Source of the DNA: Mobula hypostoma
Lineage: Eukaryota
Reading direction: 5' to 3'
Length of the DNA: 64,000 nt
Assembly: GCF_963921235.1 (NCBI RefSeq)
Contig: NC_086121.1
Span: forward strand, 29,326,001 to 29,390,000
Shown one piece after another: positions 1 through 13,002 of this stretch. A model generated the notes under the pieces. It saw only the letters and a list, made by a program, of their open reading frames with translations, was not told the origin of the DNA and searched no databases. A program made the position numbers and the translations under genes. The number at the start of each line of letters is the position of its first letter. The stretch's first letter is position 1.

Positions 1-1105
1 GGTTAGTGCTCATGATGGAGCCAAGTTCACAACTCTCTACAGCTTTTGATCCCGTGCAGTAGCTAACACCACTTGCCCCCCCCCCGCCCGTTAACAGATA
101 GTCGGCATCTGTTAATCTTGTGAGACCATGGATTTGGGCCTTTGGAAGGTTTCCAGGGCGCAGTCCTGGGCGAGGTTGTATGGAAGACCAGCAGTTGCTC
201 ATGTTGCAAGTCTCCCCTCTCCACACCACCGGTGTTGTCCAAGGGAAGGGCACTAGGGCTGATACAGCTTGGCACCAGTGTCATTGCAGAGCAATGTGTA
301 GTTAAGTGCCTTGCTCAAGGACACAACACGCTGCCTCAGCTGAGGCTCGAACTAGCGACCTTCAGATCACTAGACTGACGCCTTAACCACTTGACCACGC
401 GCCAACAGTGTTGCAGCCAGAAAGAATGCTCTCCATGGAACATCTGTAGAAATACTTGTTTTTGGTGATATACCAGATCTCCCCAACTACCTAATGAAAT
501 ATAGCCGCTGTCATGCCTTCTTTGTAATGACATTGATGTGTTCCCCGGTTAGATCCTCACATTGACACCCAGGAATTTGAAATTGCTCATGCTCTCTACT
601 TCTGATCCTTTGACGAGGACTGGTGTGTTTTCCCTCATCTTACTCTTTCTGAAGTCCACAGTCAGTTCTTTGCTCTTACTGGCATTGAGTGCACACCACT
701 CAACTAGCTGTTGTACGCCCGTTCATCGCCATCTGAAATTCTGCCAACAACGGTTGTGTCATCAGTAAATTTACAAATGGGTTTTGAGCCGCACTGAGCC
801 ACACAGTCATGGGTGTGGAGGGAGTAGAGCAGTGGGCTAAGCACACATCCCTCAGGTGTGCCAGTTTTGATTATCAGCGAGGTGGAGATGATGTTTCTGA
901 TCCACACAGATAATGGTCTACAATCAAGGATCCAACTGCAGAAGGAAGTACAGAGGCCCAGGATCTGGAATTTTTCGATCAGAACTGTAGGAATGATGGT
1001 GGTAAACACTGAGCTGTAGTCAATTAAAAAACTTCCTGACATAGGTATTTGGATTGTCCAGGTGATCCAAGGCTGCATGGACAGCCAAAGAGAGTGGAGG
1101 AGCAA
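1..1105 (-). mobile_element. Rex1/Babar-type LINE RT fragment, degenerate, interrupted by a SINE
   Basis: FLIDYSSVFTTIIP, GTPEGCVLSPLLYSL and KFTDDTTVVG RT motifs in ORF 704-1105; positions 1-90 and 405-450 match the 10780-10906 copy. Confidence 0.8.
98..403 (-). mobile_element. tRNA-derived SINE inserted in the Rex fragment
   Basis: Minus strand begins GGCGCGTGGTCAAGTGGTTAAGG (A box), then GTTCGAGCC (B box) and GTGTCCTTGAGCAAGGCACTTAAC (CORE/Meta-like); AACAG at 93-97 and 404-408 is a possible TSD. Confidence 0.75.
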
Positions 1106-1427
1106 AGAGAATTCAGTATGTACATTTACTGAAGTTTAAATATAGTAGATCTCAATGAGGTGGTTGAGAAGTCATGAAAGGATGCTTTCTTTAATCAGTA
1201 GAAGCGTAGAATACAGAATCAGGGAGGTTATGTCAGAATCAAATTCACTACCAATTAGAACACAGCCTGGGAACTGTGTGCTCTTCCTATCACTATAGGA
1301 AAGAGGTGAACACACTGAAGGGGATGTGGAGATTCACCAGTGTGGTTGCCAGGAGAACTCAGCAATGAGGAATGATTGGAAGTTGTGTGATTGTTTCTTT
1401 TTGTAATGGAGGAAAAAGGAGACAACT

Positions 1428-4281
1428 ACTACTCTCTTCTTATACAATTCAGGATTTTTAGTCTGGGCATATAATTGGTATATTGCTTTAATTTGACCGA
1501 TCAAATCTAAATGCTCTAAACGAGTCTTTTCTTTTCAGATTTACAGTGTATGAGATTATTTCACCCCTCAAATATGCTTTCATGGCATCTCAGACGACCT
1601 GGAATGAGATTGCAGATGACATGTTAGTACTTAGAAACAAAGTTATCTGGTCCTTCATAAATTTTACAAAATCATTATCCGACAACAGGGTCAGATTAAA
1701 ACACCAATGTTTATTTATTTGACGAGAACCAGAGAAACTTATTGACAGGGTGACTGGAGCATGATCTGAAATCACTATGCTCTGATAGTCGCAAGAGCGA
1801 ACAGATGGAATCAACTGATTATCCATTAAGACATAATCCATTCTAGTAAAAGTATGATGGACATGTGAGAAAAAATAATCTCTCTCAGTAGGATGGAAAA
1901 ACTGCCACACAAAAATACCATAATTAGAAAGGAAAGAATGGATAGATAAAGCAGATTTACTAGGGAGTCTAGGAACAGAAGAGGATCGATCCAACAGTGG
2001 ATCTAACCAACAATTAAAATCACCACCCAATATGAGGGAATATAAACTCAAGTCAGGCAATAAAGGAAAAAAACGGTCAAAAAAGTCCACATCGTCTGAG
2101 TTGGGAGCACAGAGATTAGCCAAGATTACCCTATTATTATACAATTTCCCAGAGACAATAATAAAAAGACCATTTTTGTTATGAAATTTTGTTATGAAGC
2201 TCAAAGGAAACATTCTGATTAATAAGAATTGAAACCCCCCTGGCTTTAGCCGGAAAAGCAGAATGGAAGTGCTGTTCCACCCACCTAGACATAAGGCGAG
2301 AGTTATCAAAACTACGAATATGCGTTTCTTGCAAAAAAGCAATGTCAGCTTTGAGCTGCTTGAGATGTGAAAACACCTTCCTTCTTTTAACAGGATGATT
2401 CAATCCCTTAACCTTCCAGCTTATAAAATTCAACGGGCTAACCATTGTCATATAAAAACATATAAGGTAGTGGAATAAATATGGACAAACATTCTAATAA
2501 CAGCTCTGGGGCAGAAATAAAAAACAAGAAAATCAGGACGGAAAAAAGTCCTGAGTAACAGAGAGTAACTAAAGATTGTTTAAATAGTGTTGGCACTGGG
2601 AAACCCTCCACCCCCTCAGAACCCAAAGCAAGAAGGCTACCAAAGAACAGCAGCAAGCTCTTCAGAAAGAAACTAACCCTAACCCCAACTTCCAGTATCG
2701 GTATAACTTCATAAGCTCCGTTTAATTAACAATATTTTAAAAAACAGAAGGCTTATGCACTTCGAATTAAAATTATACATTAAGAAAAAAAAGCAAAACT
2801 ATTAAAAAGTATTAGACTTAACATTGAGATAATAATCTAGATTACCAAACCTGCGAAGAGATAGAAAAATACAGTAATTAAAAAAAATAAAGTGTAAAGA
2901 AGAACAGGGAAAAAAAGAGAAATAAAAAAGTACCAATCGGTACTTTTTAATAATCAAATCGAGTCTGCAGGGGACACCATAACAAAGAGACTTTCGATAA
3001 ATTTCTGAACTTATAACAGAGAAAAAACCATTTTCAGTAATTAAAGTTTCAGTGAATTTCTAAACTTCTTATAGCAAAGTTAAATCATTTTCAGTAATAT
3101 AAAAATTAAATTGAAAGGGAAAACAAAAAATGTAAGAAAATAAGAAAAAAACAAAGAGAGAAAAAAAAAGCAATCGGCCATTTTAAATCAAATCGACTCT
3201 AAAAGAGAGACCTAAACAAGGAAACTTTCCGTAAATTTCTGAACTTCTTATACCAGAAATAAACCATTTTCAGTGATATGAAAATTTAATTTACAAGGAA
3301 AAAAAAACTAAGGAGAGAGAAAAAAATAGTAATCAGCCATTTTAAATAGTCGGATCGAGTCTGAAGAAGTCATCACGGCAGGGAGACCTTCGATGAATTC
3401 CTGAGCTTCTGTAACTGATTTGAACCATTTTCTGTCCCCAGTACTAAGAATTATTTGGAGATGGGCGGGATAATGTAGCGAAGGCCTGAGTCCTCGATTA
3501 TAAAACTCTTTCATTACACCTTTATATTCAGCACACAGCCTCATAACCTGGGAAGTGTAATCTTCAACAATACGAATGGAATGTCCTTTATAATCCAATT
3601 TTCCTCTGCGACATGCTTCCATAATCAAAAGGTTTTTCACCTGATAGCGATGAAAACAAAGCATAACTGGGTGTGGCCAGGAGCCCAATTCGGGCTTAGA
3701 ATGAAATACCTGTATACGGTGGGCTCTAACTCAGGTAAATTGGGAAGAATATCTTTCCCAAAGACCTCACAAAGTAAAGAGGAAAAGAAATCAACAGGAG
3801 CTCCGCTTTCGATAGCCTCTGGCAGACTGAGGATATGTAAGCTGTGCCTTCTGCTCCGACCTTCGAGATCAGCTATTTTTGATGATAACTTGGCATTGTT
3901 CTCACTCAAGTTAGAACAAACGGCTTCCAGCTACTGAATCTGACCTTTTAAATCTCCGGTTTCTAAGTCAAGATGACAAAGACGAGAGGCATGTTCCTCC
4001 ACTTTGGAATTAATTTGATCCAATTTTGACTCCAACGAACTAAAGGAAGTCTTAAATTCAGATATAATATCTTGCCGGTGCTGGTCCAGAATGGCGATGA
4101 TGTCGGTAGAGCCGGAGACAGTCGCAGAAACTTCTTTTTTTCCCAGCTCGTAAGCCAGGTAAGAGAACAAGAAAAAACTAGCAATCTGAAGTAGAAAAAG
4201 GAAGATAAGAAGTGCGGAGGTAAGAAATGAAACGGAGCGACGGTTTTAAGCGACAAACCAATCGCTATCTCACCGGAAGTC
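1428..4281 (-). mobile_element. L1-clade LINE, 5' part only: 5'UTR, frameshifted ORF1, AT-rich spacer, ORF2 endonuclease; no RT
   Basis: ORF1 motifs LEGRSRR, FHRYQVK, IRIVEDY, LHYPAHL; APE motifs SWKVKGLN, FLQETH, GGDFN, SDHAP, then DAMKAYLRGEII; 5' end GACTTCCGG. Confidence 0.88.
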
Positions 4282-4589
4282 ACACAGTTATAGACCCAAT
4301 GCTGGAAGTTGAAATTCAGCAAGGTAACTTATTGTTTTGATCAGTACAATTATGATGAGCCAAATTTCTTGATTATTATTTAAAATAAACATTTCAACTT
4401 TGTTACTAGGTCTTTTTACTTCCTACTCAAACACCACAAGGTTATCAACAATACAGGTGTAAATCAATACAGCAGTTCCACTTGCATGATTTAGTTAAGT
4501 AACTGTAACATATCATGCAGACTTTTCCCAAGCAACTAATCTCAAAGTATATTGGCTTAACTCCACAGATGTTGCACCAACAATTTAGC

Positions 4590-4820
4590 AATCAGTCCCA
4601 GCTCAGTGGGAACACTCCCGAGTTGGAAAGCCAAAGTTTGAATCCACATTCCAGGAACTGAAGTACAACTCGAGGCTGATTCATTAATACTGGACTGAGA
4701 GGGTGCTACACCAGAGATGTTTTCAGTTGGGGAAAACATAAAGCTTAAAGCCCTATAGTCCCCTTTGGTGATATTATTTCAAACAACAATGTGACTTCAT
4801 TATTTTTCCTATTAGCCAAT
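4590..4820 (+). mobile_element. Old DeuSINE-like remnant
   Basis: gctcagtgg head, then aggctga...tactggactgagagggtgctacac, resembling the remembered Deu-domain consensus; highly decayed. Confidence 0.5.
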
Positions 4821-5699
4821 TGTCACTTAAACAGCTGACAGAGTCAATAATTTATTTACTGCTTTTATGTCCTTCCATTAGCTTAATATCTTAGTAGAAG
4901 AAAATCTTCAAGGTTGGAACATATCCATACTGCAGTATGAAGTATGAGCTGAAGAGTGAAAAAATGTTGTACTTGGGTTACAGAGAAAATAACCCTCAAA
5001 CCATAAAAGCTGACAGAAACCCATTCATTCAGCCATCTTAACCAGTGAACCTAAAGGCCCAAATTCTTAAATGCCTCATACTGTGAAGGCAATGTACATA
5101 GATATGACAGCAACATCAATTATCCACATGTAATTTGTTAATATTGGACAGCAGGAATAAGCAGAAAAAGCTAACTTTAAACAACATATTTTGGGACATA
5201 TCAGAAAGTGCACAGAAATAAACTCAACAAGTGGAGATCATTCTTCAACCTCCTCTTCAAGTATTATACCTAATCACCTAATATACCTTAAATGCCCTGA
5301 TAATTGAGAGAAAGGGGTTATAGAAGAGCTTGAATTCACTCCTGGGAGGAACAGGTGGATTTATTGATCCTTTAACTAGAGCTGCGGTCAGTTGCCAAAT
5401 AAACTAGATTCTTGCAAGCTCTAAACAGCAATTTGCCCATCATGGCTACAAAACAGTAATAAAAGAAAACCTATCCCAGAAAATAAGGAAAGGCAGAAAA
5501 TGCTGGAGCTGCACTAGAAAGGTGGAATCTTTGTGAAAAAGGAAGTTAATGCTTTGGGTTTATACGCTACCTCAGAAGATCAGGTAGAACATTAATCTAA
5601 AGTTTATAGCCGTTCAACAAGGTTGACATTATAGACTTCATTTTTCATACTGATGTACTGTTCCACTTGAGACAGGTCACACCTCCATAGCTGCTGACT

Positions 5700-7548
5700 G
5701 ACAGCAAAAGGGTGGAGAGGAAAAGACCAACTTTTCATGATGTCAACAAGGAGGCAGAGTGCAAAGGCCAGATGTTCTTGTACAACTATACAGAACACGA
5801 GGCAAACATGGCAGATGGGACTCATCAGCTGTGGTTGGCAGTTCATCTAAGCCAAGGAAAATTCTGATCCCAAACGTTCACTGCCTTGCAGCTATGCCCA
5901 GTCATGAGCAAAGCTTTGGGAGTAAACCCCAAGGAAGAATCCGGAGCTGGAGTCCCAAAGGCAGTCCTATGTTGAGTTCAATGCTGACTGGCAACTCCTG
6001 CAATGCTGAACTGCATCAGTCTCTGCCATTCCTTTGGATTTGTCAGCCGTGTAGAGAGGAGGAGTCTGCTGCACGGACAACAGCTTGCTCTCCACATCAT
6101 ACTGCCCTGGCCTGCGTACTGATTTCACCTTGCAGCGTTGACACCATTCAGACGAGGACACTGCTGCTTCGTCTCATGGCGTTGACACAGCACACGAAGC
6201 AGTCGTTACCAGTTCCAAGTCTCTACGCTTTATTGTTGTGGAACCTAGCACCAGGATTGCTTCGGATGGATAAAGGGATTCTTGGATCTCACTGGACAGC
6301 TGCTGCCCGCCTTCAGCTGTGCAGCCCCCAGTCGAAAGGGGGCTGTCCCGCCAAGGTCTGCTTTCCTCATTGAGTGCACGAGGACTAGGTATTATCCGAC
6401 CTGCAGACTGAAAACACTGCATCAGTCAAGACAACACAAGAGACCAGATCTAAAACTGGGATCTTGGAATGTTTGGATAATGATGACTGGCCTCTATGAT
6501 AACCCTGTTATAAACAGTCAAGAGACTTCATGTGGACATAGCCACCCTCCAAGAGAATCTGGATGACTTGGGCACACTAAACGAGAAAGACTACGCCCTT
6601 TCCTGGTAAGGAAAGGGCCCTGACTATCCCAGAGAGCATGGAGTAGGCATTGCAGTGAGGAACACATTGTGGAAGACAGAGGAACCAGACAGCAATGGAT
6701 CTGAGTGACAGTTTACTCTTCACCTCAACACCACCGAAGGTCCAGTTACTCTTGTCAGTGTGTACGCTCCCATTTTAGACTCCACAGCTGAGGCAAAACG
6801 TACGTTTTATAAGAACTTTGCAGTCACCCTCAGGAATACCCTCAGTAAGGAACGTCTTGTTCTCGTTTAAAACTAGAGTGGGTACAGATCATAACTCATG
6901 GCCCTCCTGCCTAGGTCACTTTGGCATGGACAAGATGAACAAGAGTGAACAGCAACTGCTGGAGTTCTGCACCTACCATAATCTATGTATCGTCAACTCA
7001 CACTTCTGGACCAAGTTTCAATACAAGGTTTCCTCAAGACACTCTTACTCCCGACGTTGGCTTCAGCTGGACTTGACCCTGGTCAGGTGCTCATTCCTTG
7101 GCAGTGTGCTTTTGGCATGTTTCCACCATAGCACAGACTGCGACATAGACCATTCTCTGGTGTGTTGCATGGCTGCAGTCAAAGAAACTCCATTGTGCTA
7201 AACAAGAAGGGGACCCTCACATTGATGTGAGGGAGATGTCTCACTGAGACCTGCTGTAGTAGTTTGCTAAGTCCTTCAAGAAAGAACTAATTGCCCAAAG
7301 GCCTGGAAACTCTGTCACAGAGAAATGGGAACTTCTGCAGAATACCATCTACAGCCCAGTCTTAGTTTTCTTTGGGAAGAGGAACTCAAAAACAAATGAC
7401 TGGGTCAAAGCCAAATCCACTGAGTGGTCCCCCATCATTGAAGCTAAAAGTGCTGACCTAGCCAAGTATAAGCGTTCACCAATCGAGAGAAACCTACAGA
7501 TCCTCAAGCTGCTAGAAGTAAAGTTCAGCAGACTGCCAGGTGCCGTGA
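5700..7548 (+). mobile_element. RTE-clade LINE, 5' region and decayed endonuclease; no RT
   Basis: LKLGSWNV, EHGVGIAVRN, VSVYAP, QQLLEFCTYHNLCIVNS and TDCDIDHSLV motifs with stops and frameshifts; boundaries approximate. Confidence 0.75.
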
Positions 7549-10362
7549 ATTAGACTTGCAGCATTCTACATTATCAATGTCCAACAAGGTTGAGCACAGG
7601 AAAGTTGACTAAGATGAACACTTGCTGTTAGACTGCACATCGCCATCGCGCACCGACTCATCTGATGCCTCCCTGATGCAGGCAGCAGCGTGATCCACAC
7701 AAAGTCCAGCTCCTTCACTTTCTCCACCAATGAACAGCTCACTGATCAAGTAGACCTGCAAAGCTATGAAGTTCTTAATGTCCAGCAGGGTCTCAGGATC
7801 TTAAAAATTAACTTTATAAAAGACATCACCTCTGGTTGACGCTACAGAAGGCACTGCGATAGAACACGCAGTCATCTTATGAAGTAATCTGCATAATTGC
7901 ACTGAAAGATTCAATCATTCTTTTGCCTGCTCCTGTTTCTAACACCCTGTTCCAATAAGGGTAACAAAAAGCAGTTCCTTCTTCCTTAGTTTCATATTGG
8001 ACCAATCGTAAGTTTTAATAATGCCGTCTTCTTTCCCTTTGGGAAGCATCATTACATTAAAATACAAGGTAAATGAGAGCTATTGCTGTTGACTAATGCT
8101 GGAGCACAGGTCTAAGAGGACTAACCATTTACCAGATGCTGGTTTCTTAACCAAAAGCTCAGTCTCGAGTAGATCAGTCAGGAGTATTTGACAGGAAGGA
8201 AAGCTAACTGAAGGATGCTCCATGTTTAATAATGGAGCAGAGAACCAGAAAAGGATTTTCCCATGAAATATACGGAGCTAACCAAACCATGCCTCCTAGC
8301 TTAGCCAACTGTTAAACACCATGCATGTTTCTGATATTTTAACATACAGAATCACTCTAAGCATTCTAAAATTATTAATGCACAAGCTGTACAAAAATAA
8401 ATAATAAAATTCATATTACTTAAATATACTTTACAAATAATTAAAATAAAAAGATCTTAAAATAAATTAAAATTAAATTTAAAAAATAAATTAAATTAAA
8501 TTCTGCCTCTCCATTAAAACAGATAAAGACTCTGTTCCTGCACCATGTTTAATCTGGCAGAGGTTACTTTGACAAATTCTCCAATACAGATGCTGGGGAA
8601 TTGTAAGTTGTGCTACACTGCTAACTTTGTGAGGAGTTAAACTTGGGAGTATCATTATTAACAACAGACTACAACTTTGGGAGTGTTATATTTGCATGAA
8701 AGTCCTAGGATTATTATCAGCAGAGAAGGCAAAATTCTTTAGTTAGTGTCAGCGTTTTCCCATGATTGGTCTAGTCTCATCTCAATCTACCTGCTCTGGT
8801 CTTGGAAATGAGTGCAAATGATTCTTGGCACCAAAGAGCAAAGTAGTCTTTGAGTATCACTGTCTACAAGCCTTCTTTGTAGAAGAACTACTTGCACAGT
8901 GCTGGCAAAATGCAGCAAGTACTGATTCGTCCTGTTTGCTTTTTGCTGCACCTTGATGTGTGAACAACTGCCTACAAAGCTCCAGGAACAGATTAAAAAG
9001 TACAACCATTTCACCTTTCCAAGCTGCTAGTCCACCTCTTCCACTCATCCAAAAAAAAATTATCTTTTAATAAGCCATCAGCCAAATGTTTCACTTAGAT
9101 TCATTTACTACATTCCCCTTCCAGCTTCCAATTAGTGATTAGCATTTAGATAGCACTGGATTTCAGTCTGCTATTCTGAGACTGCTAAATTTTAATTTTG
9201 CAAATCCAAAATATTGGAGTCAAAAAGGCTGAGAATAATTGCCCAAATAACACAGTGGGTGGCACAAGTGGTGTACATTACACAATTCATCTATTTTCCA
9301 CTCTCATCACCCTCACCCCACCATTTAATTCAGGGTTACTCCCCACAAGTATCCAACATCCACAAGATCATTTCTTTCAAAACCCCTCCAATTTCAATTC
9401 CTAAATGCATCATAACGAGAATTGTGATACAATGGCAAGCAAATTTTCTTCATCAGCTGCCTGGGGGGGGAATTGCAAACTGGAAGTGCAGTATACCTCA
9501 ACAAATGGGTTCACCCCAGCTAATGACTTTTAAGCCATAGAGTACATCAACATGAAAACAGGTCGTTCAGCTCAACTCCTCCACGACGACCAAGGTGACC
9601 ACCTAAGCTAGTCCCATTTCCATGTCTTTGGCCCATACCCCTCTAAACCTTTCCTATCCATGCACTTACTCAAAAGTCTTTCACTTAAGCTTTTTCTAGC
9701 CCCTATTTTAAGCCAACCCATTCATTGCCTTTCGTGCACAATCTGAGACATTATACTGTACGTGTGAAAACTAAACATTAAAAATCAGAGAGGAAAGTAG
9801 CCACAAAGGCTACAGAAGTTGACCATAATGGATTCAAGACTTTTGGAGAGAAAAGGGACCATGTAATATTGCAAGGTGGTAATACTGGAAGAGGCGCTGG
9901 TTTCTTTGGTCATATTGCTTTGCTCTGGCTCTGAAAATCAAACTATGTATTTCACAGTAATTTTTCTGATGAGGAGGGCCTCACACTAAGTACAGACAAA
10001 GGCAAAGCCAGGTGCTCAAATGATGAATTGTACTGAATAGCATCACACACACTGTCTGGAGTAACCAAGCACAGCTGCCAGATTAAAATGCACTTGGAAC
10101 GGGCCAAAGTGGGCAGAAGTCATGTGCTTTGATTTAAGATAGTAGCATCTGAAAGGTCACAGACCACCACCAGCGGAAGCCGCCTGTCATTTTAGGCACG
10201 AAGTAGACGGAATGAATTGCATCACAAAACTTTACAAACAAAAGCAGACTACACTCATGTCATATTTTGCCCAAGGGGACTGGTGATTAAGTAAAACAAT
10301 GAAAATTAATTCCCAAAAATCATACATAGTTATGTAAAACTGTGTCCGTAGTGGGATCCATT

Positions 10363-10906
10363 TCAGAATCAGAATAAGGTTTATTATCACTGGCATGTGT
10401 CGTGAAATTTGTTAAATTAGCAGTAGCAGTTCAATGCAATGCATAATATAAAGAAAAATATTTTAAAAATAATAAATAAATCAATTACAGTATACGAATA
10501 TTGAAAGATTACAAATTGTGCAAAAAACAGAAATAATATATATTTAAAAAGTGAGGTAGTGTTCAAGGGTTCAATGTCCATTTAGGAATCAGATCACAGA
10601 GGGGCAGAAGCTGTTCCTGAATCACTGAGTGTGTGCCTTCAGGCTTCTGTACCTCCTATCTGATGGTAACAGTGAGAAAAGGGCATGCCCTGAGTGCTGG
10701 GCATCCTTAATAATGGATGCTGCCTTCCTGAGACACTAGTCCTTGAAGATGTCCTGGGTTCCAGGGTACTTTGTAGGCTAGTAGCCAAGATGGAGCCGAG
10801 TAAATTTACAACCCTCTGCAGCTTCTTCCGGTCCTGTGCAGCAGCCCCCCCCCCCATACCAGACAGTGCTGCAGCCTGTCAGAATGCTCTCCACGGCACA
10901 TCTATA
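10363..10906 (-). mobile_element. Rex1-type LINE 3' fragment
   Basis: AQDRKKLQRVV C-terminal motif; 3' UTR ending in (ATTCTG)n-like tail. Confidence 0.7.
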
Positions 10907-11059
10907 CGTCATAGGAATTAATCCTCGTGATTAGAAATGATTTGGGATGTCCTTACCTTATGATGGCAAAAGAGGTGACTATTAGGTGCAGTGGGTCCAG
11001 ACTGGTTTCATTAGCTCCACTCTCCCTCCTTATTGCCCTTTATACCTGTAACTTACTCT

Positions 11060-11790
11060 CTGTCCATCTGGTTGAGCGGCATTGCAACAACAGCTTATCG
11101 CTGACCACCAGCAAAACCAAAGACCTGAGTACAGCAGCTTCAAATTCCTGGGTATTAATATATCGGAGGATTCATCATGGACCCAGCACACAGGTGCAAT
11201 CACAAGCATGCCAGTTTCTTTACTTCCTTCGCAGACTTATCACCACTCACCGAAACATACTTCCGCACATGTACTGCTGAAAATGTCCTGGTTGCGTGCA
11301 CCATTATCTGGTACTGCAAGTGCGCACAAGAAGCTGCCGAGAGCAGTGGACTCTGCTCAGTAGATCATGGGCACATCTCTCCCCACCATTCACAGAAACT
11401 ACAAGAGGCACTGCCTCACAAGGCAACGCTTACCAAAGGCCCCGCTATCCAGACCAAGCCATCTTTTCACAGACAGGACATACAAAAGCCTGAAGTTCCA
11501 CACAACCAGGTTCAAGACCAACTACTTTCCTTCAACTAATCCGTTCTTGAACCAACCAACCAGGAAAACACTAATTACTATGGTTTTGCAAGACTACGAC
11601 CTCTGCGCTAAAATTGACTCTTTTTTTTGCTTAAAAATTGTGACCTTCCTTGTAAAAAAAATTGTGTAAATTATGTTTTTCTTGTGAATGCTGCTTATAT
11701 GATGTTATGTGCTTGTGATCTGGCTGCAAGTATGTTTTTCAGTGCATGTCGGTGTGCATGTGACAATGAACTTGACTTTGACTTTGATGT
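11060..11790 (+). mobile_element. Rex1-type LINE 3' fragment
   Basis: CNNSLSLTTSKTK and SSFKFLGINISEDSSW motifs; (GACTTT)n tail near 11775. Confidence 0.7.
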
Positions 11791-12091
11791 GATTTCTGCC
11801 GCTAATCTACACCAACAGATATTTTGCAGAAATCTATCAGCACCTCTTTGGAATGTGGAAGGAAATCAAACCACCCAGTGGAAAGCCCCAGTGATTATGG
11901 AGAGGTCAGGATTAAACCTGGATTCCTGGGCATGTCAGGAGGCAGCACTAACTGCTGTACCATCATACCACTCTTCTAGTGCAATATGTGCTACTTGAAA
12001 ACATGATCACTCTTCAGAAACAAAAAGACCAACACATATACATAAACATTTTAAAGATCATGGGACTGCTTGAGGCCTTTTCCTACCTTAC

Positions 12092-12213
12092 CTTCAGGTC
12101 CTGACACTTTGAGCCATACATGGGCATACGACAGGCAAGTAAAGGGCACCAAAAAGGAGACTTTGTCTTCCCATCATCCTCGATGCAGAACCAGCCAGGC
12201 TGGTTCTCTGTTG
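12092..12213 (-). CDS. ARHGEF10L: ARHGEF10L exon (3'-most found; TENQPGWFCIEDDGKTKSPFWCPLLACRMPMYGSKCQDLK)
   Basis: ccccAG/GTAAG, 122 nt, phase 1-0; ENQPGW and PFWCP motifs; next exon not found in window. Confidence 0.93.
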
Positions 12214-12469
12214 CTGGGGATATGAGAAAGAAAAGGAAGATAAATTAATCGATAAGAGAGTTTAAAGTAGAGACTCTAATGATACTACATGACACTCCGA
12301 ACACTTCAATAATAAAGTTTCACGTATTAATTCTAATTCACCTGAAATTAGATTTGAGCAATTCAAAATAATACGCTTTTCAAAATCACCTGGCTTCCTT
12401 CACCATCTTCCCCTGAAGTGATTGAGTTATATAATCACACAGTGACACAGCTTCTCATCCCGATACTTC

Positions 12470-13002
12470 GTTCACATGGCCACTCACTCTGCCAAGTCCT
12501 TAACAGGACACCCACGGCCTCCTCTATTGCCGCGATGAGGCCACACTCAGGTTGGAGGAGCAACACCTTAAATTCCATGTGGGTAGCTTCCAACCTGGTG
12601 GCATGAATGTTGATTTCGTGAATTTCCAGTAATTGCCCATCCTCTCCTCTCCTTCATTATTCCCTATTCTTGTTTCCCTCTCTCACCTTATCTCCTTGCC
12701 TGCCCATCAACTCCCTCTGGTGCTCCTCCATCTTCCCTGGTCTTCTACAGTCTATCAGATTCCCCCTTTTCTAGCCCTTTATCTCTTTCATCAATCAACT
12801 TCCCAGCTCTTTATTTAACCCCCTCACCCCTTCCCAGTTTCACCTAGTACTCCTTCCTCCCCTCTCCCCATCTTCTTACTCTTTCTTCTCTCATTCCTTT
12901 CCAGTCCTGGAGAAAGGTCTCGACCCAAAACGTTGATTATTTACTCCTTTCCCTAGATGCTGCCTGGTCTGCTGAGTTCCTCCAGCATTTCGTCTGTGTT
13001 AG
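12470..13002 (+). mobile_element. Penelope-like element 3' fragment with pseudo-LTR
   Basis: RLEEQHL GIY-YIG C-terminus, CT-rich tract, decayed hammerhead motif at about 12901-12938, gatgctgcctggtctgctgagttcctccagca end. Confidence 0.72.

Noticed and set aside
330-403. tRNA-like sequence with A/B boxes
   Set aside because: It is a SINE head; no complete cloverleaf
5759-6373. 204-aa ORF upstream of the RTE endonuclease
   Set aside because: Non-ATG start and no motifs; lies in the decayed RTE 5' region
8390-8502. AT-only tract
   Set aside because: Simple low-complexity sequence
9340-9400. Minus-strand GYLW resembling the next expected ARHGEF10L exon
   Set aside because: Upstream residues (ERNDLVDV) do not match the expected STSLPQ context and no GT donor follows W
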